NCBI GenBank assembly: GCA_003213165.1 | Contig: QCNO01000002.1 | Coordinates: 7,237-71,236, forward strand | Direction: 5' to 3' | Origin: OCS155 cluster bacterium AG-426-D23 | Lineage (GTDB): Bacteria; Actinomycetota; Acidimicrobiia; Actinomarinales; Actinomarinaceae | DNA: 64,000 nucleotides | Position numbers and translations under genes: made by a program | Shown here: positions 37,524-47,893 of the stretch, in pieces | Position numbering within the stretch: position 1 is the first letter of the stretch | Layout of the letters: every line of letters starts with the position of its first letter | The notes under the pieces: model-generated | The model's database searches: none | The model's input: only the letters and a program-made list of their open reading frames with translations | Told to the model about the DNA's origin: nothing

Positions 37524-38888
37524 ATGAATACAAATATAGCTTATGTTGTAATTGCATCCTTGCTTGTGATGGTATTTCTTATTACTAGAAATATTAAAAC
37601 AGTTAATAGCGAATACTTTGTACTTGATAAGACAGAAAAAACTTTTGGGTTGACTATGAGTTTCTATGCAAGTGGCATGGGTTTATGGATATTGACTTCA
37701 CCAGCTGAAGTTGCATGGTATGGACTTGGATATGATATTTATGGATACGCAATCTCAGCTGCAACTCCTTTTATTTTGATATACATATTTGGCCCAAAAA
37801 TTTCTAAACTACTTCCTAATGGTGTTACTTTGGCTCAGTTTGTTGAAAAAAAATATGGATCTGTAGCACAAAAAATTGTTTCTTTAGTAGCTGTTATTTA
37901 CATGAGTGCATTCTTGATAGCAGAGTTCGCATCAATAAGTTATTTATTTGAGGCAATCTCTGGTGTTTCAGGTATTGTGGTTGCAGCGTTAGTTGCAGCT
38001 ACTACTTTTTTGTACCTTAATAAGTCGGGATTTAAAGCTTCTTATCTGACAGATAAAATTCAAGGAATTGGAATAATACTTCTTTTAACCTTTTTGTTTG
38101 GTATTTGGTTTAGTCAAAATAAAATCAGCGAAATTACAGATTTTGCAATACTTGGTGGGTTAAATACTTTTGAAACATACAGCTTGAAATCAGCACTTGC
38201 AGTAATAATTGCAGTTACAGCAGCTGAAATATTTTCTACTGGCTATTGGCAAAGAACCTTCTCAGCTATGAATGAAACGACAATCAAAAAAGCTAGTATC
38301 TACTCAGGATTTGGGGTTTTTATAACAATTCTTCTATTAGGCATTGCGGGTGCCGTTGGTGCTGGGAAAGGTTTGGAGATTCCCACTTTAAGCTTTATAA
38401 ATCAATTGAGTTTAAATTCCATGACTGTATTGGTTTTAATCTCCCTAGCAACTCTCTTGGTAACATCGAGCGTGGATACATTGGAAAATGCTATCTCATC
38501 TACCATATCAATAGACTTAATTAAAAAAGGAAGTAAAGAAGCTAATAATATAACTTTATTAGTTATTATCTTGGCACTTTTTGCTTCAACAAGAGTAACT
38601 AATATTTTTACTGTATTTTTAGTTGCTGATCTTCTAGCAACAAGCCTTGTTTTTCCTGCTTTTTATAGAATTAAAAAAACGAGCAAAGACATTTTGCTTG
38701 TTCTGCCTTTTGTTGGTTCTCTTATTTCAGTGTTTGTTTACAGATATCTGTTTATTAATTTAGAAGAAAATCCTGGAGGTTTATTTGTTCCAACAGATCT
38801 CTACGGATTAGCTGATCTTAATACTTTTGCTATTGCTTTAGTATCATCAGTCATAATTACGTTTGTTGCAGACAGATTTACCAAATAG
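37524..38888 (+). CDS. Sodium:solute symporter, probable thiamine/precursor transporter (ThiV-like)
   Basis: About 13 TM segments; ASxxTD, WQR and SSVDT SSS motifs; directly behind a TPP riboswitch. Confidence 0.8.
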   Translation: MNTNIAYVVIASLLVMVFLITRNIKTVNSEYFVLDKTEKTFGLTMSFYASGMGLWILTSPAEVAWYGLGYDIYGYAISAATPFILIYIFGPKISKLLPNGVTLAQFVEKKYGSVAQKIVSLVAVIYMSAFLIAEFASISYLFEAISGVSGIVVAALVAATTFLYLNKSGFKASYLTDKIQGIGIILLLTFLFGIWFSQNKISEITDFAILGGLNTFETYSLKSALAVIIAVTAAEIFSTGYWQRTFSAMNETTIKKASIYSGFGVFITILLLGIAGAVGAGKGLEIPTLSFINQLSLNSMTVLVLISLATLLVTSSVDTLENAISSTISIDLIKKGSKEANNITLLVIILALFASTRVTNIFTVFLVADLLATSLVFPAFYRIKKTSKDILLVLPFVGSLISVFVYRYLFINLEENPGGLFVPTDLYGLADLNTFAIALVSSVIITFVADRFTK

Positions 38889-38897
38889 AATTAATAG

Positions 38898-40766
38898 ATG
38901 AAACCAGAAAATTTAAATTCATTCAGCACTCTATCAAATCTTGTAGCTAAAGATTCAAACTTAATTGTGCAAAGTACCCGTATGGAATTTGAATCTAATA
39001 CATATGTAAGTGAACTTTGGAGAATGAGCAAAGGGAACTGGAGAAAATTTAAGTCAGGTAATAATAACTTTAGTAATCCAAAATTCGCAAAGAAAACCAA
39101 TGACATTTTTTATATAAAAACCAATAGGTCTGTTGAGGACAAGAGTAAGGCTAAAAAGGCATCTTCAACTATAGAAATACAGTCTGGAAGGTCTGTTATC
39201 TCAATTTTTGAAATTGAAGGAAGTATTAATAACTATCTACTTAGTAATGATGAAAAGTTTCTATATGTTATTACTAGTGAGTGGAATGAGGAATTTAAGA
39301 ATATTGAATCAAAAGATTCAGAGCCTATGTACTACGAGAATCTTCCTTTTAGATTTGATACAAGAGGAATCATTTACAACAAAAGAGGTAATGTCTACAA
39401 AGTTAATCTTCGAACCGGTAAATCTAATAAGGTTGTAGACGGTGATAAACATAATATCATTTCAATTGATTCTTTAGTAGAAAATAATGGTGTACTTACT
39501 TTCTCTTATGACAAGCACAATTCAAAAGGGACAATGCTTGAAGAAAGAATTGGATTTTTAAAAAACAAAAAAATTGTAGATATATTTACAAAAGGTATGA
39601 TGGGAAATTTGTTTTACTATGAGGACGAACTTCATGCTGTTGGCTTAAGGAATAGGTTTGAATGGCCTACCAATACTACAATTTTAAAATTCTCTCAATC
39701 AGGAAAAGTTTCCTTTAAATACAGATTGTTTGATAGAAATATAGTTAAAGCGGAAGTGCACGAATCTATTCTTTATTTTCTATATGAAGACTCTGGAAAA
39801 ACACTACTAAGAAATGGAAATGAAAAAATTGACTTAATTGACCAAAATATCACTATCAAAGACTTTGCATTTAGCAGTGGGAATACTTATGTCATAGCAA
39901 ACTCGTTTTCAAGTCCTGACGAGGTATATGAACTGATAGATGGAGAGCTAAATAAAATATCGAAAGCCAATGATTCTTTTGTTCAAAACGTTAGAACAAG
40001 AGATTGCATATATGAAAGAATTGATACGGGTAAGTCAGAGATTGACACATGGGGAATATTTGTAGGAAAAGACAAGCCTACAATCTTAAACATTCATGGT
40101 GGGCCTGCAAGCCAATATGGATTTACATTTTTTGATGAGTTTCAAACTTACGCCTCTGCAGGATTTAATGTAATCGCTTGTAATCCAAGAGGTTCTGCTG
40201 GAAGAGGTCATGAATTCTTAAGAGATGTTTGTGGAAATAAGTGGGGTGTAAATGATATGCACGATGTTCTTACTTCGTTTAAAAAAATGAAAAAAGTAAT
40301 GGGAATAACCAATAAAAAAGATGGAATAATGGGTGGATCTTACGGTGGATTTATGACATCTTGGATAATTAGTCATAATCCAAATGCTTTTCAATCTGCA
40401 ATTGTTGAACGTGCTCTTCTTAATTGGGAAACTATGGTTGGAACATCTGATATTGGAATAGGTTTCCCAGAAATGTACCTGCTAGATGACATGTCGAAAA
40501 ATATAGACCTATACAGAAAAAAAAGTCCTATGACATATGCGTCAAATATTAAAACGCCGACTTTAATAATCCACTCTCAAGAAGACTATAGGTGTCCAGT
40601 AGAGCAAGCCGAACAACTCTTCTCAAACTTGAAAAAAAGAGGTATCAAAACAGCTATGTTACGTTTTCCAGGTGAAAGCCATGAGCTTTCAAGATCAGGT
40701 ACACCTGTTCATAGAAAACAAAGGTTTGACCACATCATAACTTGGCATAAAAAACATTTAGTTTAA
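38898..40766 (+). CDS. S9 family peptidase (acylaminoacyl-peptidase-like)
   Basis: IHGGP, NPRGS, GGSYGG, D.RCP and FPGESH motifs. Confidence 0.92.
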   Translation: MKPENLNSFSTLSNLVAKDSNLIVQSTRMEFESNTYVSELWRMSKGNWRKFKSGNNNFSNPKFAKKTNDIFYIKTNRSVEDKSKAKKASSTIEIQSGRSVISIFEIEGSINNYLLSNDEKFLYVITSEWNEEFKNIESKDSEPMYYENLPFRFDTRGIIYNKRGNVYKVNLRTGKSNKVVDGDKHNIISIDSLVENNGVLTFSYDKHNSKGTMLEERIGFLKNKKIVDIFTKGMMGNLFYYEDELHAVGLRNRFEWPTNTTILKFSQSGKVSFKYRLFDRNIVKAEVHESILYFLYEDSGKTLLRNGNEKIDLIDQNITIKDFAFSSGNTYVIANSFSSPDEVYELIDGELNKISKANDSFVQNVRTRDCIYERIDTGKSEIDTWGIFVGKDKPTILNIHGGPASQYGFTFFDEFQTYASAGFNVIACNPRGSAGRGHEFLRDVCGNKWGVNDMHDVLTSFKKMKKVMGITNKKDGIMGGSYGGFMTSWIISHNPNAFQSAIVERALLNWETMVGTSDIGIGFPEMYLLDDMSKNIDLYRKKSPMTYASNIKTPTLIIHSQEDYRCPVEQAEQLFSNLKKRGIKTAMLRFPGESHELSRSGTPVHRKQRFDHIITWHKKHLV

Positions 40767-40798
40767 ATAGTTCGTTTAGTTAAATAAACTAGTTCATA

Positions 40799-42376
40799 AT
40801 GAATAAATCATCAGTTGTTGTAGATGGGCACACAGTCAGTTACTGGAAATACCAGTTAATCAATAAATTGTATACAGAAAACAATCTAGAAAAAATATAC
40901 ATAACAAATCATGATGACTTTTCTTTAGTTCTTTCATTAAACCGTATAGTGTGTAAAAACTTATTCAAAATAACTATTTCTGAACTGTTTGAAGATGTAG
41001 AGAGAATTTCGGTAATAGAAAGTTCTCAGTACTCAGGTAACTTGATTTGGTTATCTGAAAAACCTATAGATTTTACATACGGTGAAAATATTATTTACTT
41101 TAGTAATGAAAATAGTGTTCAAAAGTTTGAAAAGTCTTATTACGGACAAAATTTAGATAAATTTAAATTTATAACATACCTGACACTAAGAAATAAAAGT
41201 AAAAACAAAATAATAAATGTTTCATGGACTGAAGAAGCAAAATTCAGTGAAAGTAAATCTATATCAAAACACCTAGATTCCTTAAAGTTTCTAATCACAA
41301 ATAGAAATACTGAAATAAGTACAAATTATAAAAAATTAATGCAGGAATCGACTTCAGTTATAAACTCAAGACTCACTTCTTTAACTAGAAAAATTTATTC
41401 TTTAATTTTCAATTATCCTTCGTGGAGTATTTATACGTATCCAAGAATTTTAGACATTTTTGGGCAAAACTATCTGGATGAGTCAATGCTAAAAAAAGTC
41501 TTCAATGATCGTGCTTGGAACTTCAAAGCAGATCCTTTTTATTCTGAAAATGAAAATTCTATTTATTTTGAAAAATTCAATTATTTCCTTGGAACCGGAA
41601 AATTAGCAAAATATAACTTTGAAAACAAAAGTATAAAGGATATAAAAACTTCTGACAATATTCATTATTCATATCCTTGCACTTTTGAACACGAAGGGGA
41701 AACATATTTAATACCAGAAGGTGCGCAGAGTAATAAAATTGAAATTTATAGGGTAGACCAAGATTCACTTAAGAAAGTAAATACTGTAATAGATGGTTTT
41801 GCAGGTGTTGATCCCACTATCGTAGAACACAATAATACTTGGTATATTTTTGCGACCGATGGACGTATGGGAGGACATTCGTACCTAAATATATTTTATG
41901 CCAAAAATCCACTTACCGAGTGGACTCCACACAGTCTTAATCCTGTAAAAATTAACTTGAGCAACTCTCGGGGTGGTGGATCGATGTTTAAAGAAGGAGA
42001 TTCTCTAATTAGACCTGCTCAAAACTGTTTTCCTGAATACGGAACATCTTTAGTGTTTAACAAAATTGAAAAGCTTAGTCCTTATGAGTTTAAAGAAGCT
42101 GTAGTTGGAGAATTAAAGCCTACCGAGAATTCAATGTTCAAGGGAATTCATACATTTTCTAAAAATAAAGAGTCACTTGTTGTAGACCTCAAAACCAACG
42201 AATTTTTTCCTTTTGCAAGATTTGTAACATTGCTAAGAGCAAGAGTTAAGTCCGATGATGCGGGTCTGATTGCAGAAAATTCCTTATTTAAAAGAATCAC
42301 AGTAATATTGCTCTTTCTAGTTTTTGTAATTCTAATTTACCTATTTGGTTGGAGAGCTTTATCTTTATTTGTCTAG
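40799..42376 (+). CDS. Five-bladed beta-propeller glycoside hydrolase-like protein (GINT1 N-terminal-like) with C-terminal TM
   Basis: ADPF, HYSYP, YLIPE, VDPT, WxPHxxNPV, RPAQxC..YG and HT motifs. Confidence 0.65.
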   Translation: MNKSSVVVDGHTVSYWKYQLINKLYTENNLEKIYITNHDDFSLVLSLNRIVCKNLFKITISELFEDVERISVIESSQYSGNLIWLSEKPIDFTYGENIIYFSNENSVQKFEKSYYGQNLDKFKFITYLTLRNKSKNKIINVSWTEEAKFSESKSISKHLDSLKFLITNRNTEISTNYKKLMQESTSVINSRLTSLTRKIYSLIFNYPSWSIYTYPRILDIFGQNYLDESMLKKVFNDRAWNFKADPFYSENENSIYFEKFNYFLGTGKLAKYNFENKSIKDIKTSDNIHYSYPCTFEHEGETYLIPEGAQSNKIEIYRVDQDSLKKVNTVIDGFAGVDPTIVEHNNTWYIFATDGRMGGHSYLNIFYAKNPLTEWTPHSLNPVKINLSNSRGGGSMFKEGDSLIRPAQNCFPEYGTSLVFNKIEKLSPYEFKEAVVGELKPTENSMFKGIHTFSKNKESLVVDLKTNEFFPFARFVTLLRARVKSDDAGLIAENSLFKRITVILLFLVFVILIYLFGWRALSLFV

Positions 42377-42873
42377 TGTTCTCTTGATCTACTAGATTTA
42401 GTCATAACCTTATCTAATCCACCATTTGTAAAGACAAAAGATTCCACATTATCAACTAAATGTTTTCCATTTTGAGATTTTTGTGAAATTACTTGCACAG
42501 ACATTCCTTCAAATGGAGATATCAAAGTTATTGATTGTTGTTTAAAACGCTTGGAAGATTGGTCTCTTCTGATAATGTCATTTACCATATGGCCCGACTC
42601 CCAAGACCAATCTTCTTCAATAACCACAAATTTACATATATGCTTGGTTTGGGTTTTGTCTATTCTCGCTCCAGGGCAAATAAGCACCGAGCCTTCAACC
42701 CAAGGATTCAGTCCTAAACTATCGTTTTTTGGAAATGCTATATCAAAAGAGTTGTCAACAATTGCTTCAATGTCACCTTTTTTTAAATTTCTTTCTTTTA
42801 TGATTTCTGAAATAGTGTTTTGAATCCTGAACAAGGACTCTTCATCTAAGTCTTCTAGATATTCTCGATCCAC
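42373..42873 (-). CDS. Hypothetical protein, 166 aa
   Basis: Clean ORF with GTG start and normal composition; no family recognised. Confidence 0.65.
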   Translation of the reverse strand: MDREYLEDLDEESLFRIQNTISEIIKERNLKKGDIEAIVDNSFDIAFPKNDSLGLNPWVEGSVLICPGARIDKTQTKHICKFVVIEEDWSWESGHMVNDIIRRDQSSKRFKQQSITLISPFEGMSVQVISQKSQNGKHLVDNVESFVFTNGGLDKVMTKSSRSREH

Positions 42874-42904
42874 AATTTTTATTTAAACAACTAAATAAGA
42901 CAAA

Positions 42905-43060
42905 TTACTCTTCTTCTATCGCCAGTTTTTGACCAGCAGTTTCTTGGCCTCTTAAATCCCTTATGTCTATTCGGATAAGTCCGACCACAAATATTGTTAG
43001 TGTTGCAACAGGAAATAACAATATTACAGTGAAAGGGCTCGACGTTAGAGTTTCTAGCAT
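42905..43060 (-). CDS. Small single-TM protein, 51 aa
   Basis: Hand translation MLETLTSSPFTVILLFPVATLTIFVVGLIRIDIRDLRGQETAGQKLAIEEE. Confidence 0.6.
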   Translation of the reverse strand: MLETLTSSPFTVILLFPVATLTIFVVGLIRIDIRDLRGQETAGQKLAIEEE

Positions 43061-43113
43061 AATTAATCATAACAAATATTAGTAGTATAATTAAATCTTG
43101 TGAAAGGGATAGT

Positions 43114-43269
43114 GTGACAAAATTAGGATTGTACGCAAGTATGGTATCGGTTATAGCTTCTGTACTTATTTATATTGTTTTAGATGACTCACAATTAGCA
43201 ATATATGTAGGTCTATGGGCTCCAACTTTAATTTTATATAGCCAAGCTTACGAACAAGCAAACAAGTAA
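43114..43269 (+). CDS. Small two-TM protein, 51 aa (VGLWAPT motif)
   Basis: GTG start after AAGGGA; MTKLGLYASMVSVIASVLIYIVLDDSQLAIYVGLWAPTLILYSQAYEQANK. Confidence 0.7.
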   Translation: MTKLGLYASMVSVIASVLIYIVLDDSQLAIYVGLWAPTLILYSQAYEQANK

Positions 43270-43394
43270 GCTTTAATTTATCTAAAAAACACTTGGTTGC
43301 TAATATTTAACTGTGAATAAAGTAGAAAAGAAATCATTCTTTGGGTTCTTACTTATTGCATTTGTTTTGCACGTGTACCTTGTAATAACCACTT

Positions 43395-43889
43395 TTGTCG
43401 GTGGCTAAAAAACTTCTCTTTTTCCTTTTAGTAATTTCATGTGGACCAACAGGTAGTGTGGTATCAGAAAATTTCTCTGATGAAAAGGTTGTTGTAAATG
43501 AAGTCTTAGAAACAAAATCTTTAACATCTGAAGAAATATTAACTGAAATCTTTGATGCGTATAAAAATTTTTCAGAAAATCCAGCTTTAACAATTGATAC
43601 TATATGGAATTATGCACATGAAGACAACCGTGAAGCAACAGGCCCCAAAGAAAGGTTTTCAATGATGTTGACTTCTGAACCATACAATTCCATTGTTGAT
43701 CTAAAAGATTATTCTTACGAGGTCATTTTTGAAAGTGATGAAAATATTCATTATGAAGTAAAAGTATTGGCTAAAAACAATAATTATTTTGTGGTTACAT
43801 GGGTGTTTGAAAAAACTTTATGTGAAGAAAAGCCATGTTGGAGAACTATTGGAGTTACTCAACCAAGATTTTTTGATTCTGGTATTTAG
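43395..43889 (+). CDS. Lipoprotein, DUF4864/NTF2-like
   Basis: Lipobox VISC; A...NR..TGP..RF..ML...Y motif; CWRT end. Confidence 0.55.
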   Translation: MSVAKKLLFFLLVISCGPTGSVVSENFSDEKVVVNEVLETKSLTSEEILTEIFDAYKNFSENPALTIDTIWNYAHEDNREATGPKERFSMMLTSEPYNSIVDLKDYSYEVIFESDENIHYEVKVLAKNNNYFVVTWVFEKTLCEEKPCWRTIGVTQPRFFDSGI

Positions 43890-44407
43890 TCGTCTAAATC
43901 TTCTAGTGGGTTTTCAGGTTGGCAAATTTCAAAAGCATTTTGCACAGCTTCGGAAGTAAAATCAATATCTGCATCTCTAAAGGCAAAGAAACCAAACTCG
44001 CCAGGTTTTGGATCGGGAAAGTCTATACCTTGATCTCTCATACATTGAGAAAATTCTAAAGATGCATCAACCAAAGCGGCTTCAACCTCTGGGTCTAAGT
44101 CAAATTGTTCTGGAAGTGCATTTCTTAATATATCTTCACAATTTTCAAATGCACTTTCAAACTCTTCTTCATTTTCAATTTCTAAATTATCAAACTGAGG
44201 GTTCCCATCAATATCAAATGTTGGATCTGGAAAATTAATACCCTCTTCTCTCATACATTGCGCGAAATCTAGTACTCCTTCCTCAAAAGTTATTTCTTCA
44301 TCTACAATTGTTGTTTCTGTTGTAGATTCTATAGTTACAACACCTTGTGACTCTTCACCACCAATGGTGCATGCAGAAAAAATTAATAACAAAAGAAGTA
44401 TTCTTAC
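43886..44407 (-). CDS. Two-repeat Cys-pair lipoprotein (paralog 4); start codon uncertain
   Basis: FSAC lipobox; FAQCMREEGINFPDP...FENC and FSQCMRDQGIDFPDP...FEIC. Confidence 0.75.
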   Translation of the reverse strand, partial: VRILLLLLIFSACTIGGEESQGVVTIESTTETTIVDEEITFEEGVLDFAQCMREEGINFPDPTFDIDGNPQFDNLEIENEEEFESAFENCEDILRNALPEQFDLDPEVEAALVDASLEFSQCMRDQGIDFPDPKPGEFGFFAFRDADIDFTSEAVQNAFEICQPENPLEDLDD

Positions 44408-45588
44408 TTTCTTACTGCCTCTGCTGGTTGAATTTTGGAAGCTTTTATTGCTGGATACACCCCAGATATTGCTCCAATTAATAATGCTAGAAGCACTGCG
44501 CCGAATATTTGCCATACTGGTATTGAGAATACAATATTTGTGTAATTAGTGTAACCCAGTGTAATGCCTGTACCCAAAAGAACCCCTACAAGACCTCCAA
44601 TACCAGACAAAACTACGCTCTCTAATAAAAATTGATATCTAATCTCTCTTCTTGTTGCACCAATTGAACGTCTAACTCCAATTTCCATTCTTCTTTCTAG
44701 AACAGACATGACCATAACATTGGCTATAGCAACCCCTCCAACAAGTAAAGCTACAGACCCTAACCCTAACAATAAATTAGTAAACGCTTCTTCAGCTGCT
44801 TGTTGTGCTTCTAGTGCATCTGACGGACGCGTAACTTCAACTTGGTCAGGATTTTCAGGATTCATCGATGGAGCAAGTACCTCAACCACATCCTCAATGA
44901 AAGTTGGGTTAGCTCTAAGGTATATAGTTGTGGGTTCTTCGTTAATGTCGAAAAGGGTTTTTGCAACACCATATCCAATAAACACAGACCTGTCTAGGTC
45001 AGGATGAATTTTTAACTCTTCTAATATACCAACTACACCAAACCACTCGTTTTCAATTAGTATTTTTGTTGGCTTAGTTAAGTTATTAATTCCTAATCTT
45101 TGAGCTGTTACACTTCCTAAAACTGTTACTGGGATATCAGATAATCCATCTTGAATAAATCTTCCATCAGCTAAATCACCACCAATAACATCTAGTAGTT
45201 CGGCACTAGTAATTATTGTCGAGATGCCGCCACCTTCAAATTCAGAAATAAAATTGCTTCTCCTGACTAATAAGTCTGTCTGTGTAGTTGAAGTAACTTC
45301 TTGGACGGGGCCGATTCTTTCAACCATTCCTAAAACACCTTTAGGGAGTTCTTCTTGGGTCCCAAAAAATCCAGCTTGTGGTGATGCTTTGACTAGATTC
45401 GTACCTAGAGATTCTAAAGTTGAAAGAAGATCTGCTCTTCCAGATGCTGAAATTCCAGACACAGCAACTATTGCCGCAATACCGATACCTATTCCTATAG
45501 AGGTGAGTGTTGCTCTTCCTTTTCTTGCTCGAACACCATACAAAGCTACAAAAAACAAATCTTTAGTTTTTAATCGTTTTTTCTTCAT
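44404..45588 (-). CDS. MacB/FtsX-type ABC transporter permease
   Basis: TM1, large extracellular domain, ANVMxxSVLERRxEIGVRRSIGA, three further TMs, YPAxKA. Confidence 0.92.
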   Translation of the reverse strand: MKKKRLKTKDLFFVALYGVRARKGRATLTSIGIGIGIAAIVAVSGISASGRADLLSTLESLGTNLVKASPQAGFFGTQEELPKGVLGMVERIGPVQEVTSTTQTDLLVRRSNFISEFEGGGISTIITSAELLDVIGGDLADGRFIQDGLSDIPVTVLGSVTAQRLGINNLTKPTKILIENEWFGVVGILEELKIHPDLDRSVFIGYGVAKTLFDINEEPTTIYLRANPTFIEDVVEVLAPSMNPENPDQVEVTRPSDALEAQQAAEEAFTNLLLGLGSVALLVGGVAIANVMVMSVLERRMEIGVRRSIGATRREIRYQFLLESVVLSGIGGLVGVLLGTGITLGYTNYTNIVFSIPVWQIFGAVLLALLIGAISGVYPAIKASKIQPAEAVRK

Positions 45589-46268
45589 TTGCTTACAATT
45601 TTTCCATCTACTAGTTCGATAACTTTTTTGAACATGTTGGCGTGTTCTTGATTGTGGGTAATCATTATGACAGTTTTTCCTTGGTTATTAAGGTCTTTTA
45701 AAATGTTTAAAATATTTATTCCAGATTCTTTATCCAGATTCCCAGTTGGTTCATCCGCTAATACAAATGCTGGATCTTGGACAAGTGCTCTTGCAATTGC
45801 AACTCTTTGTTGCTGTCCACCAGATAATTCTTTTGGAAGGTGAGTTAATCTATCACCTAAACCAACTTGATCTAAAACTTCTGTTGCTTTTTTTAGCCTT
45901 TCTGTTCTTGAAATGCCTTGATAAAGCAGTCCTTCAGCTACGTTTTCTTGAGCAGTTAGCCCAGGTAAAAGAAAGAAACTTTGAAAGATAAATCCTATCT
46001 TTTCACCCCGAAATTTGGAAAGTTCATTATCAGAAAGTTGCGAAACATCACTTTCTTCAATTTCAATTGACCCTTCTGTTATACTATCCAATAATCCAAT
46101 CATGTTAAGTAAAGTAGATTTTCCACTTCCAGATTGACCTACTATCGCTACAAAGTCACCTTCTTCTACCTCAAGAGATACACCATCTAAAGCTCTCACT
46201 GGTGGTGGGCCTTCGTATACTTTGGAAATATTGTTTATAGATATTACAGTTTTAGTACTGGTTTTCAT
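45585..46268 (-). CDS. ABC ATP-binding protein (MacB/LolD type)
   Basis: GQSGSGKST, IGFIFQ, LSGGQQQR and ADEPTGNLD motifs. Confidence 0.95.
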   Translation of the reverse strand: MKTSTKTVISINNISKVYEGPPPVRALDGVSLEVEEGDFVAIVGQSGSGKSTLLNMIGLLDSITEGSIEIEESDVSQLSDNELSKFRGEKIGFIFQSFFLLPGLTAQENVAEGLLYQGISRTERLKKATEVLDQVGLGDRLTHLPKELSGGQQQRVAIARALVQDPAFVLADEPTGNLDKESGINILNILKDLNNQGKTVIMITHNQEHANMFKKVIELVDGKIVSK

Positions 46269-47830
46269 CTTGGAACAACTACGATTTGACCTTCTGAGAT
46301 GTTACCCTTAACTTCAACGAAACCATCAGTAAAGACTCCTATTTCAACAGCAATATAACTGGTATCAACCCCAGACTCACCCTCAAAGGTGCCTCCCTCA
46401 ATTTCTCCATCATAAACTTCTAAGGCATAGCCACCTTCTGCCAAAGCAAGTAATGCATTTACGGGAACATATAATACATTCTGAGAAACTTCGGTCGTTA
46501 CAAATACTTTCACAGGTGCCTGATCATATGCTTCGATTTCTTCAGGATTTAGAACTTCTAATGTTACTTCTATAAATTCTCCTGCTTGCGTTTGTGTTAC
46601 AACTTGATCAATGAATTTAATTACCGTTGGAACTCGTTCATCTGTTGGAAGTTCTATCTGAACACTGTCTCCAAGAGATACTGTTTCCTGGTCTGAGGCA
46701 TCTACTTGAAAAACTACTTCTATTCCGGTTGAAGAAATATTATAAAGAGGTGAATTTAGTGCTACAGCCGATCCGACATCATTTATATATGAACCCACAA
46801 TAACTGAAGTTTTTGAAGCAAAAGCATTAGTGGGGCTAAATGTTTCTGATATAGCGCTTAATTTCAATTCTACCAGTTCTTCTCTGGCTTTATCTAATTC
46901 AGCCTCTCTGTTAACGCCTTCATTGTAAGATTCGAGAGCTTCGTCATATGCTTTCTGAGCATTTTCAATTGCTAGAGCTTCTGTGGCATCAACTCCAGAT
47001 TCTTTTCCTGCTTCTCTGCTCTGAATACGCTCTTGAGCTTTAATATCCTCTTCGTATTGTGCTTTTTTCCCGGCACGAGTCGATTCAGACATAGATTCAT
47101 ACTGAAGTTCATCAATTAAGTTTCGGATTCTTTCAATTTCTGTTTCTGCAGCCTGCCAAGCAGCATTTTCTTTCGTTGCATTTTCTTTTGCATCATCTAA
47201 CAATTTTTTCTTATTATCAACTTCTTTAAGGGTTGTTCCTCCATCAGCAACTACCTCTTCAAGATTTTCAATTTCGTTTTCTTTCGAATTTATTAAAACT
47301 TGTTCGGAGGGTGTAATCTCTGACTTAGTTTCAATTCCATAATCAATATATAAACTATTAAGCATTTGAGATGTTTCTGTATCAAAAATTTCATCTGGTA
47401 CAAAAGAGCTTTCTGCATAACCTAAATAAACTAAAGCTTCTTCAACTTGTTTAACGTCAACACCAGGATCCGAATTTAAATCAAGAGTTCTATAAAAGGG
47501 AGTACTTCCTTCAAGCAGTATTACTGGTTTATTGTCAATAATAAAAAGTACCTCTCCAAAGTTAATTATTGTGCCTTCTTTAGGTAGAAAAGTAACAACT
47601 CCATTGGTTGGTGAGTTAAGAACTTTTTTGTCTGTCTGCCTTAATGTTCCGTTGTACTCTTCTTTTTTTGCTAAGTCACCTTTTTGTATGGCAACTGTAG
47701 TTAGTTCTAAAGTTTTATTATTAGAGGATGTGTCGATATTTTGTGTGCCAAAATAGTATCCGCCATAAGCCAAACCAGCTAATGCAATTAGTATGGAGAG
47801 GTTTTTTAATTTAAATATATTTTTTATCAT
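46265..47830 (-). CDS. Membrane-fusion (adaptor) protein with peptidoglycan-binding insert
   Basis: N-terminal TM, lipoyl-like GVVT..P..G, PG-binding-like GxDVxQxExALxxLGY, long coiled coil, C-terminal VPVNAL...V.IG...DGFVEV. Confidence 0.8.
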   Translation of the reverse strand: MIKNIFKLKNLSILIALAGLAYGGYYFGTQNIDTSSNNKTLELTTVAIQKGDLAKKEEYNGTLRQTDKKVLNSPTNGVVTFLPKEGTIINFGEVLFIIDNKPVILLEGSTPFYRTLDLNSDPGVDVKQVEEALVYLGYAESSFVPDEIFDTETSQMLNSLYIDYGIETKSEITPSEQVLINSKENEIENLEEVVADGGTTLKEVDNKKKLLDDAKENATKENAAWQAAETEIERIRNLIDELQYESMSESTRAGKKAQYEEDIKAQERIQSREAGKESGVDATEALAIENAQKAYDEALESYNEGVNREAELDKAREELVELKLSAISETFSPTNAFASKTSVIVGSYINDVGSAVALNSPLYNISSTGIEVVFQVDASDQETVSLGDSVQIELPTDERVPTVIKFIDQVVTQTQAGEFIEVTLEVLNPEEIEAYDQAPVKVFVTTEVSQNVLYVPVNALLALAEGGYALEVYDGEIEGGTFEGESGVDTSYIAVEIGVFTDGFVEVKGNISEGQIVVVPR

Positions 47831-47893
47831 TGTTCTAATTCAATTAGTTTATTAAATCTACACGCTTTCTGTGAAATTATTTTATTAAGTTTT

